Shown: in pieces, positions 63,116 to 64,000 of the stretch
Layout: each line of letters begins with the position of its first letter
Numbering within the stretch: position 1 is the first letter of the stretch
NCBI RefSeq assembly: GCF_006345805.1
Contig: NC_043006.1
Coordinates: forward strand, 52,700,001 to 52,764,000
Length of the DNA stretch: 64,000 nucleotides
Direction of reading: 5' to 3'
From: Octopus sinensis
Lineage: Eukaryota
Made by a program: the position numbers and the translations under genes
The notes under the pieces: generated by a model
What the model saw: only the letters and a program-made list of their open reading frames with translations
What the model was told of the DNA's origin: nothing
Databases searched by the model: none

Positions 63116-64000
63116 AGAACATTAGAACCAAGAAATGTAACTCAAAAACATCTGCACTGATATTTACCCCTGTTCAAAAGTAAACATATGAAGCATTATA
63201 TAAAATCCCTGTGATGACAGCGTTTCCAGAGAACTAGGTGAATCGTTTACTGAGAAGTACAATCAATTACAGGCGGATAGACGCTTAAACATAAACGGTA
63301 AAATACCTGAGTGACATGTTGAGAACCCCTCAGCTCCTCGAAAAAGCAAAACAATATGAAACTGTGTTGATACTGCGCACACAGAATTCTTGACCGCATT
63401 CGGAGAACGGATATATTTAACTGATTGGCATAAAATCTCTCATTTGCACGCACACGTCTCTGGCCCTCAGACATGTCTCCTCTGACTGCCTTTTCCACTG
63501 CGACCAAAACGGACTCTGCTAAACCTCAGTGCTGGCTGGTCTCCTTCTACCTCCATTCAGCCACTCTCAATTCACTCGCCTCCCCTCCTCTCATCATCTG
63601 TGTTGTGTCATATTTATTTCTCTTTTAAGTATCAATCTAACCATTTTTCTAACTTTTGTCTATTTGAATATTTTTCTCTGTTGCTCATTGACACCCTTTC
63701 ACGAAATTCTGTTTCTTTACTTAATGTGTTATTAGTATACTTAGATTATTTTCCCATTTTCGAGTTTGCCTGAATGCATTTTTATAAATCGAACTTCATA
63801 TCAATTTCTATAGTACATCCTTATACTGTCTGTCGTAGTGTTTTTAGTTGTTTAGTATTTGCAATTTACAACTTTAAGTCTTCCATATACAAAAAAAAAA
63901 AATGTTTGATTATCCACCCCCACCCCCAATAGCCCTCCATTTGAACATGATGATTGAAGGTGTTAACACCAGCAGAAGAGGAGTTGAAAGAAGGATTCCT

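Noticed and set aside
63247-63600. 86-aa minus-strand ORF or exon candidate
   Set aside because: No recognisable motif, and the frames from the nearby acceptor-like site close quickly.

Overview
AT-rich, repeat-saturated eukaryotic DNA with no confidently identifiable host gene. The repeat spectrum (dense (TA)n, (TATG)n, (GATA)n, (CA)n and (CT)n tracts, Nin/Deu-domain and V-domain tRNA-derived SINEs, RTE, CR1/L2-group and Tx1/L1 LINE relics, Penelope-like elements, mariners, short Helitrons) resembles an Octopus intron or intergenic region. That species assignment is an inference from memory, not a database result. Most ORFs in the supplied track are translated microsatellites; the real coding signals are all disabled transposon fragments. 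The most notable structure is a cluster of fold-back palindromes at 15.3-21.2 kb, set in or next to (TA)n tracts. The two largest (about 320-bp arms, about 20-nt spacers) carry minimal type I hammerhead ribozyme motifs pointing outward. One has a canonical core and one has a variant core. Decayed hammerheads recur in other Penelope-like remnants, including one just downstream of a GIY-YIG fragment. Other highlights are repeated Tx1 insertion into one (GATA)n tract, a 3' tail shared by a CR1 LINE and a SINE family, head-to-tail Nin-SINE multimers, a structured RTE 5' leader with covariation, nested and fold-back mariners, and two kb-scale tandem duplications that could be assembly artefacts. 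Coordinates were read by eye; ends of decayed repeats are approximate.
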